Positions 1 through 7,653 of a stretch of 44,799 bases of DNA are shown here, in pieces. The position numbers were made by a program, and so were the translations under genes. This DNA is from Clostridia bacterium (lineage in GTDB: Bacteria; Bacillota; Clostridia; Oscillospirales; CAG-272). The notes below the pieces were generated by a model. It saw only the letters and a program-made list of their open reading frames with translations. It did not search any database and had not been told where the DNA came from. Location of the stretch: contig JAGBYG010000121.1 in the NCBI GenBank assembly GCA_017628875.1, forward strand, positions 1 through 44,799. Direction: 5' to 3'. Every line of letters begins with the position of its first letter. The stretch's first letter is position 1.

Positions 1-241
1 CTGCCCACAGCGCAAGAGTATACATCTCTTCACTCCAGCACATATCGTAAACGCTGATAGTGTGCTTTGCCATCATACCGGCAAGGGCCTGTTTCGGAGT
101 TTTCCCCTGCAGTGCTGCAGCTACTTTGAAATTATGCAGCCTATCATCGTCCGCGGCATATTCCTTTGCCTTGCCGCATAAAACCTTTTCACTTCTCTCG
201 TTCTGCTCTTTGAACAGTCTTTCAAATTCTTTAGCATTCAT
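1..241 (-). CDS. DUF1599 (Nmad1)-like protein, first 80 codons only; C-terminus lies beyond the left edge
   Basis: ATG at 241 with GGAG upstream and an in-frame TAA further upstream; open to position 1. Translation MNAKEFERLF..KAKEYAADDDRLHNFKVAAALQGKTPKQALAGMMAKH fits the K-x-x-Y ... D-x-L-x-NF ... KH pattern I recall for DUF1599. Confidence 0.5.
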   Translation of the reverse strand, partial: MNAKEFERLFKEQNERSEKVLCGKAKEYAADDDRLHNFKVAAALQGKTPKQALAGMMAKHTISVYDMCWSEEMYTLALWA

Positions 242-373
242 CTTCCCATCTCCATCTGTCTTGAAGGTGTCTTAACTTCCTTGATGTCGAGCACCCTTGT
301 GTCTCCGAACTTCTCGGCATACATAGCCAAGTCTTCTTTTATGCCGACGGATTTTCCGCTGGGCGCATCCACA

Positions 374-1048
374 CTAATCGTTATTATCAGCATCTATACA
401 AACCTCCTTGAAATAAGGGAGCTTTTCCATCCAATCACAAAGAGTATGCCATTCATCAAGCTTGTGATTTCTACGAGCAAAATACATCGTCTTTAGAACT
501 TGATAATTAAGCTGAACAGTTCGCTTCTGATTATAAGAAGAGGGAAGAAGCTGTATCATCTGCCACCAATAATCTTTTGCAGGAACAAGGGGATTTTCTT
601 CTTTACTTGCCGCCAAAAAACCACGCCTTGCACTATTAAGAAGTTCAATAATCCTCTTTAACCCATCTAAAAAGAAATCTTCAAGATGCTCACAGCTAAA
701 ATCTTCAATGGTAAATCTTTTTGCGTGTATCTTGTGCATTGTTGAACAAGAATTTGCAACAGTACCCACTTTATAAGTGTCAAACTCTTTCCACCAATAA
801 AGCGGAGCGGTAATGTCTAAGGTAACATTTATCATTCTTAGGAACTTGCCGTGGTCGTTTCCTGCTTTGGAAAGGTTCTTCATAAGTTTGAGGTCATTTT
901 CGCCAACCTTAAAACCATAATAAATCGGGTCGTTATCGTATCTTGGGCAATACCCGCTATCGCTTTTATCCCAACTGTTCATTGGGTTTCTCATTCCTCT
1001 TATCGCCGCTTCCCATCCAAATACTTCTGTATTTTCAATCTTTAACAT
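374..1048 (-). CDS. Divergent ThyX-like (flavin-dependent thymidylate synthase fold) protein lacking the canonical RHR..S motif
   Basis: 224-aa ORF, ATG preceded by GAGGTG. ThyX-like landmarks HGKFLRMINVTLDITAPLYWWKEF and LLPSSYNQKRTVQLNYQVLKTMYFARRNHKLDEW. The position of the ThyX RHRxxSxxxxSxR signature reads DTYKVGTVANSCSTMH. Confidence 0.75.
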   Translation of the reverse strand: MLKIENTEVFGWEAAIRGMRNPMNSWDKSDSGYCPRYDNDPIYYGFKVGENDLKLMKNLSKAGNDHGKFLRMINVTLDITAPLYWWKEFDTYKVGTVANSCSTMHKIHAKRFTIEDFSCEHLEDFFLDGLKRIIELLNSARRGFLAASKEENPLVPAKDYWWQMIQLLPSSYNQKRTVQLNYQVLKTMYFARRNHKLDEWHTLCDWMEKLPYFKEVCIDADNND

Positions 1049-1052
1049 CTCT

Positions 1053-1232
1053 TCACCTCAAATCATCCTTCATTTCTTCCATCTTCTTCAGAGCTTCAAC
1101 CGCCTCGTCAAAATAGCCCATCTTTCTTTCAAGGTTTTCTATCTCTTCCGCTTTGGCGTTTCGCTCCTGCGCGTGTGCTATGTTCAGCGCACACTTCCAT
1201 TTCTCTTTGATGAAATATTCGTAAGCGTTCAT
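1053..1232 (-). CDS. Small hypothetical protein (59 aa, below the ORF-track cutoff)
   Basis: ATG at 1232 preceded by GGTGGTGAG; fills the gap between two minus-strand genes; its stop lies 5 nt upstream of the ThyX-like start codon. MNAYEYFIKEKWKCALNIAHAQERNAKAEEIENLERKMGYFDEAVEALKKMEEMKDDLR. Confidence 0.45.
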   Translation of the reverse strand: MNAYEYFIKEKWKCALNIAHAQERNAKAEEIENLERKMGYFDEAVEALKKMEEMKDDLR

Positions 1233-1236
1233 TCTC

Positions 1237-1722
1237 TCACCACCTAAACTCAGGATGCTTTTCCATAAAGGGATTTACTATTTTTTCTATGGCAGCATCG
1301 GCAGCTTCTTCACTGCGGAAAGCAATTTCTCCAATACCACAATTGCCGCACCAATCAGCGGCGTATAACACGCCAACCTCGTTTCTTATATACCAAGCGG
1401 GGATTTCGTTGTTCAGACAATCAATTTCTCTCCCGCCGTGTTGCATTGAATATCTCCACAGCAACTGGTTGAGAATAACGTGCAATGCTCTCTGCTCCAT
1501 TAGTTCTTTGTCGGTGCAATAGTTGCCTGCAGCATAATAGTCATTGTCAAACGAAGTTAAACAATCCTCATCAGCTTCAACACATCCGTCAACGTCAATG
1601 TAAAAAAACGTCTCGCCCTCCACCCTCTCAAAAGGGTCTTTCTCTTTCTTCCCCACAAGCGTTTCTATCTGTTCCGCTGTAAGGTCTATTCTCTTGCCGT
1701 TTAGCATTAAGTAGTTTTCCAT
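1237..1722 (-). CDS. Hypothetical phage early protein (161 aa)
   Basis: ATG with GAGGAGG RBS, abuts the upstream gene stop; no family recognised. Confidence 0.6.
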   Translation of the reverse strand: MENYLMLNGKRIDLTAEQIETLVGKKEKDPFERVEGETFFYIDVDGCVEADEDCLTSFDNDYYAAGNYCTDKELMEQRALHVILNQLLWRYSMQHGGREIDCLNNEIPAWYIRNEVGVLYAADWCGNCGIGEIAFRSEEAADAAIEKIVNPFMEKHPEFRW

Positions 1723-1986
1723 TTATACCTCCTCGTAAGTCTCTGCAAAAATGTCGGGCTTGCAGGGGTAAAACTCGCCCTTAACTCCTTTTATGATGTA
1801 GTCACCCTCTATCGCCGTGTATTCGCCCTCTAAGGTTGGGATAATACAGGTACACTTTAGGCCGGGGACAATTGGAACTCTAAAGCTGTGCGCCGCATTG
1901 TTTGTGAATTCTAACACTTCACAAAAGGTGTCTCTTGTGAATAAAACAGCCTCTATTTCCACAGGCTTTTTTCTATATTTTTTCAT
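1723..1986 (-). CDS. PGDYG-domain-like small phage protein
   Basis: 87 aa; C-terminal AIEGDYIIKGVKGEFYPCKPDIFAETYEEV resembles the PGDYG motif family. Confidence 0.55.
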   Translation of the reverse strand: MKKYRKKPVEIEAVLFTRDTFCEVLEFTNNAAHSFRVPIVPGLKCTCIIPTLEGEYTAIEGDYIIKGVKGEFYPCKPDIFAETYEEV

Positions 1987-2050
1987 TTGTCGTCCCCTTT
2001 CGACCTTTTTTGCACCTTCTTTGTGCTATCCTCTCCTCGGAGGTGATAAG

Positions 2051-2194
2051 ATGCAGAATGAATATACCGTTCTCTTCAATGGCATTACAAACATCATTGC
2101 CGCTCTGAAATACTTGCAGTTTCAAGCAGAGGAGGCATATATAGAACGCCTTGAAAGAGAAGAACAAGACCGTATAGCCGGGGGTGATTTTTAA
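2051..2194 (+). CDS. Opposite-strand micro-ORF (47 aa), hypothetical
   Basis: ATG at 2051 preceded by GGAGGTGATAAG; lies in a 214-nt gap between minus-strand genes; followed by inverted repeat GGGTGAT-N5-ATCACCC. Confidence 0.3.
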   Translation: MQNEYTVLFNGITNIIAALKYLQFQAEEAYIERLEREEQDRIAGGDF

Positions 2195-2200
2195 TCACCC

Positions 2201-3343
2201 TCACCCCTCCTCGCCTTCCGCTCCGCACACAGGGTCAATATGATCGCCGAGCAAGAACTCCGGGCTAAACGGACTATTCGCCCTGTAAAATCTTTTATCA
2301 TAAAAGTCTTGCACTGAAACGCACCCCTCTTGTCTGTTTGATGTAAACAAATGATTGCACTTGCAGTCTCTTACTCCGCTTTTAAACAGCTCCTCGTCTA
2401 TTTGTTCTTTGGCATATTCTTTTCCATAAATTTTGCACATCGCCGTGTTGTTGAATCTTGTCGATTTTGCTATTAACGCATCACCACAGCAACAGTAGTT
2501 CGTGCCTATATGGTGCATGTCGTTGTCCGCCAAGCTGTAATCTATCCCATGCTTTTCAAAATACTCAACAAAAGGACGGTACATTTTAATTCGTGTTTCA
2601 GGTTTAAGGTTCAATAGTCCCATCTGAGTAAAGTCCGCTTGCGATAAATTTGTTGCCTCCAAGACTTTCTCCTTATGTTCTTTGTTTTGTGGCACCAACT
2701 TCAGCCCCTCTAAGGTAAAATTATCCGCGCCCTCAAAGGCCTTAACTATTTCCAATGTGCTAAGGTTTGGGATACACGGCTGTATGCGTATGCCAACCTT
2801 GAATCCCTCTCTCTTTAGTTCTTTAAAAAAACTAATTCTTTTTTCTATGCCGGGCACATTTGGTTCTATGTTTTTGTTGTCGCTAATGTTGCTAACAGAA
2901 AGCTGAAACGCATGCATGTCAGGCCTTATGTTCGCCCCATACACCGTGTCTGATTTTGTGCTAAACAAAATCGTTACGCCATACTGATTGCAAACGTCTA
3001 TTAGCCGTTTTGTTATTCCAAGCCTCTCTTCAACATGTTGAAACGGATCACTCATTCCTCCACAGTGCCATGTAATGCGGTCCGAAATTAACGTATCCAA
3101 AAAACTATTTTTGCTTACGTTGCCATTGTCAAATATTTTTCGCAGTCGCCGCTCAACAGACCCCACGTCACCGACCTGAAGCCCTTTGTCGAACTCGCAT
3201 ATTTTTCTGCAATTACTAAAGCAATAAAGGCATTGAAACGAGCAACTTTTATATGTGTCTACACGAATCGGCAGACCGCAAATAGCAAATTTACTACTCA
3301 CATTTAACGGTTCAAATTTTTTGATATTGAAGTTTTCTACCAT
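2201..3343 (-). CDS. Radical SAM enzyme, spore-photoproduct-lyase-like (COG1533 'DNA repair photolyase' type)
   Basis: 380 aa; CxxxCxxC cluster motif in VDTYKSCSFQCLYCFSN; downstream GGMSDPFQHVEERLGITKRLIDV..ILFSTKSD resembles the SplB-like family. Confidence 0.8.
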   Translation of the reverse strand: MVENFNIKKFEPLNVSSKFAICGLPIRVDTYKSCSFQCLYCFSNCRKICEFDKGLQVGDVGSVERRLRKIFDNGNVSKNSFLDTLISDRITWHCGGMSDPFQHVEERLGITKRLIDVCNQYGVTILFSTKSDTVYGANIRPDMHAFQLSVSNISDNKNIEPNVPGIEKRISFFKELKREGFKVGIRIQPCIPNLSTLEIVKAFEGADNFTLEGLKLVPQNKEHKEKVLEATNLSQADFTQMGLLNLKPETRIKMYRPFVEYFEKHGIDYSLADNDMHHIGTNYCCCGDALIAKSTRFNNTAMCKIYGKEYAKEQIDEELFKSGVRDCKCNHLFTSNRQEGCVSVQDFYDKRFYRANSPFSPEFLLGDHIDPVCGAEGEEG

Positions 3344-3358
3344 CGTTTCTTCTCCGGC

Positions 3359-3886
3359 TCACTTGCAAAAATAGTGACAGCCTATCTCTCTCACACAGTT
3401 CTTCGTCAGCGGTCTTGTGGCAAAGTAAATCGCGTCGCCCACAATACCGTCGCTGTCTATTGATGCTTCTATGGCTGCATACTGCATTTCATTCGGATAT
3501 GCGCTATCTAACATCGGCACGGTGCAAAACTGACCGGGCGCGTATATAACGCCCTCTACAGTATTGGGAAAGCGTGGGTCTAATACTCTGTTGAAGATAA
3601 CCTCAACTACCGCCTGCTGTCCCTCCGCACACTCCCCTCTCGCCTCAAGATAAACAATCTTTGCGAGTAGTTTGTATTCTTCCTCAGAGATGGATATACC
3701 GCTGTATTTACTCGGTGTTTCTTCCCATACCCTCTCTCTGCTCATATCCTCAATGCGTGTTTCGTTTCTGTCCCAGCTTCGGCTTATATACGCCGCGCCT
3801 GCTTTACTGCTCAGAATTATCACGACAACAGCAAACACAAGCAGCAGAAGCATCGCCGCTATAATCTGATAACCTTTTTCTTTCAT
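3359..3886 (-). CDS. Membrane-anchored SleB/CwlJ-type cell wall hydrolase (Hydrolase_2 domain)
   Basis: 175 aa; N-terminal TM helix IIAAMLLLLVFAVVVIIL; LAKIVYLEARGECAEGQQAVVEVIFNRVLDPRFPNTVEGVIYAPGQF matches the SleB-type signature. Confidence 0.8.
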   Translation of the reverse strand: MKEKGYQIIAAMLLLLVFAVVVIILSSKAGAAYISRSWDRNETRIEDMSRERVWEETPSKYSGISISEEEYKLLAKIVYLEARGECAEGQQAVVEVIFNRVLDPRFPNTVEGVIYAPGQFCTVPMLDSAYPNEMQYAAIEASIDSDGIVGDAIYFATRPLTKNCVREIGCHYFCK

Positions 3887-4425
3887 ATCGTTACCGTCCT
3901 TCCATCAACTACGGGAGAATACAAGCCATAGTCCGAATTATTCTGTCTTCCTATAACCTCTATAGCACTTATCTTCCGCATATTCTCCGACATTCCCTTG
4001 AACATCATTTTTTCCTTTTTAGTCTGTCTCGCTTTCGCTTTCTTTTCAGGAGTATTCGCCGCAGCTTCCTGTCGTTTCTGCTCGCGGTATCGTGCTTGAT
4101 ACTCCAGTCTGTGCTTCTCTTTGCAAGCATCGCATCGGCAGCTGTTCGGATGAGTACCGATAGACACGCCGCAATCTACGCAAAACTTCTCCGGCGGCGT
4201 AATAAACTCAATAAACTCCTTTTCGTGTGCAAACATATGCTGAAGCTTTTTAAACTGCTCTTCGTTTATCTCTTTGCGAACATCGTAATAATCTCTGATC
4301 GCCTGATACGGAACGCCCGAAAACTTGTACATCTGTGTCCAACTTGCGCCCGTCTTGCGGATAAACCGTTGGATGTCTCGCGCAAGCTTCTGTTTGCGCT
4401 TAAGTTTCCTCTCAATCGTCGTCAT
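3883..4425 (-). CDS. Hypothetical DNA-binding protein with Zn-ribbon-like Cys cluster
   Basis: 180 aa; ATGA overlap with the downstream gene; basic N-terminus; CVDCG..CRCDAC cluster followed by a K/R-rich helix. Confidence 0.6.
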   Translation of the reverse strand: MTTIERKLKRKQKLARDIQRFIRKTGASWTQMYKFSGVPYQAIRDYYDVRKEINEEQFKKLQHMFAHEKEFIEFITPPEKFCVDCGVSIGTHPNSCRCDACKEKHRLEYQARYREQKRQEAAANTPEKKAKARQTKKEKMMFKGMSENMRKISAIEVIGRQNNSDYGLYSPVVDGRTVTI

Positions 4426-4642
4426 CGTATTTCGACTCCATTACCATCCTGTAAATCTCACATTTTTCATAAGCCTTGCAGCAAAAGGTCTGTAAGTGCA
4501 GCTCCTGCTCCACGTGAAATCTCCAGCGGATATCAAGAACGCACCTGTTGGTAAACCCTTCGCACACAATCTTCCTGCGCCCGTCATCGTATCGATAAAA
4601 CGGACACTGAACATCACTCTGAACAAAAGAACCACTCGGCAT
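4412..4642 (-). CDS. Small Cys-rich hypothetical protein (76 aa from the internal ATG)
   Basis: ATG at 4642 preceded by TAAGGAGGAATGTT; the ORF-track start at 4702 has no comparable RBS. Confidence 0.6.
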   Translation of the reverse strand: MPSGSFVQSDVQCPFYRYDDGRRKIVCEGFTNRCVLDIRWRFHVEQELHLQTFCCKAYEKCEIYRMVMESKYDDDD

Positions 4643-4710
4643 AACATTCCTCCTTACGCTATATTGCGCTGTCGCATTCGGCGGCGTGTTTGCCGACAGC
4701 AATCTTTTTT

Positions 4711-5124
4711 CTAATTTTTGGCCTTAAAGTCTCGAAACCACATCATCAGCTCATCGTTGTCGGCGTTTTCGGCAGGCGGATCAACGTTGCACATTTCAGC
4801 AATCAAAAAGCAATATCTTGCAACTTCTTCGCTTCTCTGCTTACCGGCAATCAATCCCTGCTTTTGCTGCTTCACCCTTGCATATATCTGTCCAAGCTGC
4901 GGTGCAAACTCTCCACCTTCGGCGGAAATTTCCATAATTGCCTGAGTAACATCTTCGCTTTTTGCTTTTCCGAAAAACTTAAGCCAAGTGTTCACCAGTG
5001 CGTTTATTTCCATTTCCGTTCCCGGTGTCCTATAGTTCGACCAAAGCTGACTCATCAGGTATATACAGCCCTTCACATCTGCTTGTGTCATACATATCCC
5101 TCTTAATGCTCTCAAGTAAGGCAT
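4711..5124 (-). CDS. G39P-like replicative helicase loader/inhibitor (start uncertain: 5124, 5091 or 5055)
   Basis: WSNYRTPGTEMEINALVNTWLKFFGKAKSEDVTQAIMEISAEGGEFAPQLGQIYARVK resembles the 'loader and inhibitor of G40P' family; sits downstream of the replisome organizer. Confidence 0.55.
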   Translation of the reverse strand: MPYLRALRGICMTQADVKGCIYLMSQLWSNYRTPGTEMEINALVNTWLKFFGKAKSEDVTQAIMEISAEGGEFAPQLGQIYARVKQQKQGLIAGKQRSEEVARYCFLIAEMCNVDPPAENADNDELMMWFRDFKAKN

Positions 5125-5722
5125 CGTTTCTGCCTCGTTTGGGAGTGTTTCCGTTTCTGCCTTCCCATGAGATAACCTTCTGTTTCCAAGATTTCACCTT
5201 TTGGCCTTTACTGTCGACCCAATTGTTAGCCTCGAAGTAGTCAAAGAACCGTTTGGGATCAACCTCATTGCCCCTTTCTCGGCAATAATCGGCAATTTCA
5301 GCGAGCGTGGGTGGCGTGAAACGCTTATTATTACTCTCCTTTGCCTTTTCCTTATCCTTTGCCTTTTCCTTATCCTTTGCCTTTTCCTTTGCCTTTTCCT
5401 TTTCCTTGGCATCGTTGGCATCTTTTTGAATGCCATCGCATGCGTTCGCATCTTTCGCTATGCGTTCGCATCCGTTTGCATCCCATCTTTTATTGGCATT
5501 AAGGCTGCTCTTGTGGCATTTGGCCTCGTATTTTGCTACATCCCTATCTATCTGCCCCTTCATGGTCGGGAAGACAAACCTTTCATTACCGCGAAGGTCC
5601 GGGGTTACGCCCGTGCTGCTGTATTCAAGCAGTGCCGTGAATAACCGCCCTCTCTCTGCGTCATTTAAAGGCTCTATCGACTCTAAGTAGCTGTGATAGG
5701 CATTAAAGTATTCAAGTGCCAT
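5030..5722 (-). CDS. Phage replisome organizer (DnaD-like N-terminal region plus conserved phage C-terminus Phg_2220_C-like)
   Basis: 230 aa; ATG with GGTGAGG RBS; LNDAERGRLFTALLEYSSTG..QIDRDVAKYEAKC and FTPPTLAEIADYCRERGNEVDPKRFFDYFEANNWVDSKGQKVKSWKQKVISWE; central KEKAK low-complexity linker. Confidence 0.75.
   Translation of the reverse strand: MALEYFNAYHSYLESIEPLNDAERGRLFTALLEYSSTGVTPDLRGNERFVFPTMKGQIDRDVAKYEAKCHKSSLNANKRWDANGCERIAKDANACDGIQKDANDAKEKEKAKEKAKDKEKAKDKEKAKESNNKRFTPPTLAEIADYCRERGNEVDPKRFFDYFEANNWVDSKGQKVKSWKQKVISWEGRNGNTPKRGRNDALLESIKRDMYDTSRCEGLYIPDESALVEL
5338..5485. repeat. Tandem and iterated repeats inside the organizer gene (candidate replication origin)
   Basis: CCTTTGCCTTTTCCTTAT at 5338-5355 and 5356-5373 plus partial copies to ~5408; ATGCGTTCGCATC at 5440-5452 and 5460-5472; several GCATC copies 5409-5485. 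Confidence 0.4.
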
Positions 5723-5735
5723 TTACCTCACCGCC

Positions 5736-6137
5736 TTAAAACGGTAAGTCGTTTTCGTCTGCGTCTGTCTCCATCTGCTCTACAGGACCGTTAAAGTCGT
5801 AGAACGCACCGCCGGGAGCCGCTTCGCTCTTCTTGCTGTCGCCAAAGTAAACCTTGTCTGCAACAATCTCTGTTGTCACTCTCTTGTTGCCGTCCTTGTC
5901 GGTCCATTCGCTGTTTTCAAGATGACCGGCAATAATAATCTTGCTGCCCTTAGTGAAATACTTGCCGATAAAATCTGCTGTGCCTCGCCAAGAAACGCAT
6001 CTGAAGAAGTCTGCCTTTTCCTTGTCGAAATCTCTGTCTACCGCAATTGAAAAGTTTGTGACGGATACGCCGTTGGGGGTTCGTCTTACATCAGGATCTG
6101 CAGTAAGTCTTCCTGAAATGGTTAAGTTATTAAGCAT
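5736..6137 (-). CDS. ssb: Single-stranded DNA-binding protein
   Basis: 133 aa; OB-fold N-terminus MLNNLTISGRLTADPDVRRTPNGVSVTNFSIAV; acidic C-terminal tip DENDLPF. Confidence 0.95.
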   Translation of the reverse strand: MLNNLTISGRLTADPDVRRTPNGVSVTNFSIAVDRDFDKEKADFFRCVSWRGTADFIGKYFTKGSKIIIAGHLENSEWTDKDGNKRVTTEIVADKVYFGDSKKSEAAPGGAFYDFNGPVEQMETDADENDLPF

Positions 6138-6825
6138 TGTTTTTCTCCTTTGTCTTTAATCTGTATAATCTCGCTATTGTCTTATCTACCTCTATGCCGT
6201 CAGATAAATGCCATTTCTCGTTGAATGTCTTCTGACCTATTGTGTGAGCCTCTGTGTGGTGGTCTCTGCACAGCGGCTGTACCTTCATGCCCTCGTGTAC
6301 TATCTCCGTTCTGTCCCTTCCCATGCCAACGTGGTCCGCGTGGTGAAGGTCTGCTTTCTTTCCGCATATGCAGCATTTCTTGTTCACAAGGCAGCTGTAT
6401 ATGTAGTCTTGAATATCGTCTACAAAATCAAGCAGGGGGAATGGACAGGGTATGTCGTACTCGAGTATCATTCGCACGAGAAACCTCTGAAACGCACATA
6501 CAAGGCTCATCGGCGCATTAGATAAACTGAATATTCTGTCAGCCGTTTCGCCGAGATCATCAGCGAGGAACTTTATCTTCATGTATTCCTTCATCAAGCC
6601 TCTGTCCTCGCCGGTCTCGTCTGCTATTGCTCTTATGAGCGCATAACAGGCTTTGCGCTGCTTGTCAGATATTTGGCGGCTGTCATTTAACTGAACTTGG
6701 CAAGTCTTGTATCCTCTCTTGGTGAGAGTGAAGTAGTCATCGTATTTTGCTCTGATAAGAAGTTCTCCGCGCCTCTCGTCATAACCAACGATTACGCCCT
6801 TAACTTCATCTATTGGCGTTTTCAC
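6130..6825 (-). CDS. Putative HNHc-type nuclease
   Basis: 231 aa, GTG start; CCICGKKADLHHADHVGMGRDRTEIVHEGMKVQPLCRDHHTEAH resembles the phage 'putative HNHc nuclease' family found next to SSB/annealase genes. Confidence 0.7.
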   Translation of the reverse strand: MKTPIDEVKGVIVGYDERRGELLIRAKYDDYFTLTKRGYKTCQVQLNDSRQISDKQRKACYALIRAIADETGEDRGLMKEYMKIKFLADDLGETADRIFSLSNAPMSLVCAFQRFLVRMILEYDIPCPFPLLDFVDDIQDYIYSCLVNKKCCICGKKADLHHADHVGMGRDRTEIVHEGMKVQPLCRDHHTEAHTIGQKTFNEKWHLSDGIEVDKTIARLYRLKTKEKNNA

Positions 6826-7465
6826 TGTTTATCTTCCTTATGCAATCAAGGCAAAGAACTCTGCCGAACATCTTCTCGCTCTTGTCTGCGTGTGCTCTGA
6901 TCGGAATAGGCTTGCCGTTGGAGTCGGGAATAGGCTCTAATGTCTTGCCGCAATCAGCGCAAGTGAACTTTAAGCTCTTGCCCGGAATGCCATCACCAAC
7001 AGGCTTAACAATCGTTGAGGGTTCGCTTACGCAAGCATCAAAAATCTTCTCTGCTTTCTTGTCAGGTGTGTTCTCCTCTTCGGGAAGGTCTTCACCTGCG
7101 TAGATGTAAAGGCCGAGGCCGTGTCTTGCCACAGCTTTTGTAAGGCTTCTCTGAATGGCTTTGTTTACATCGAAGCTTGTTACCTTGTCTACAGGAATGC
7201 TCTTGTTCTTGTAGTCCATAACCGGCAGATACTCGATATGCTCAATGCCGTTTACGGTAACGCCTGTTTTAACCCAACAAGTAGAGCCGTCTGTGTGATA
7301 AAAGAGGCCCGATGCATTTTCGTAAATAGTGTATGTTGCATCAGGATGAAGCTTCTTAACTTCGCCCCAAGCCCACGCCCAAGACAGATATGTAAGTCCG
7401 TTCTTTTTCTCGGTCTTGCCGTTTACGTTGATGTTGTTTAATGTGCTGAAATAGTTTTCCATCAT
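6806..7465 (-). CDS. Rad52-like single-strand annealing protein (Sak/DUF1071 type) with C-terminal Zn ribbon
   Basis: LTYLSWAWAWGEVKKLHPDATY..YLPVMDYKNKSI..AIQRSLTKAVARHGLGLYIYAGEDLP; C-terminal CADCG..CLDC. Confidence 0.8.
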   Translation of the reverse strand: MMENYFSTLNNINVNGKTEKKNGLTYLSWAWAWGEVKKLHPDATYTIYENASGLFYHTDGSTCWVKTGVTVNGIEHIEYLPVMDYKNKSIPVDKVTSFDVNKAIQRSLTKAVARHGLGLYIYAGEDLPEEENTPDKKAEKIFDACVSEPSTIVKPVGDGIPGKSLKFTCADCGKTLEPIPDSNGKPIPIRAHADKSEKMFGRVLCLDCIRKINSENANR

Positions 7466-7653
7466 TCCACCTCATAACATTCGCTGCCTACGAGCTGTGC
7501 AAGGATTTCAACATCTCTGTGTTTGATTAAATCCCATATCTCATCGAGGAAGCATTCCTCGCAGAGCATCTTGCCGTCAAATTCTATGATCTTGTCTCCG
7601 GCGCATTGTGTGCAGCCGCAGGTGTTTTCAATAGGCTCGTAGTTAATTCCCAT
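7462..7653 (-). CDS. Small Cys-rich hypothetical protein (63 aa from the internal ATG)
   Basis: ATG at 7653 preceded by GGAGAAAGAACA; CGCTQC..CEEC motifs. Confidence 0.5.
   Translation of the reverse strand: MGINYEPIENTCGCTQCAGDKIIEFDGKMLCEECFLDEIWDLIKHRDVEILAQLVGSECYEVE

Noticed and set aside
242-373. 29-codon minus-strand ORF (MYAEKFGDTRVLDIKEVKTPSRQMEMGR) whose TGA overlaps the DUF1599-like ATG
   Set aside because: It is too short and has no clear SD. It is possibly real through translational coupling, but I cannot support it from sequence alone.
60-496. Plus-strand 71-aa ORFs at 60..275 and 281..496
   Set aside because: They lie opposite the DUF1599-like and ThyX-like genes. They are Ser/Leu/Phe-rich with no RBS.
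5194-5690. Overlapping ORFs on both strands across the organizer gene linker (5194..5451 minus, 5201..5644 plus, 5430..5690 plus)
   Set aside because: They are generated by the AAG/GAA-rich tandem repeat. The translations are poly-basic or Leu/Phe/Cys repeats. The organizer frame is the one with conserved N- and C-terminal domains.
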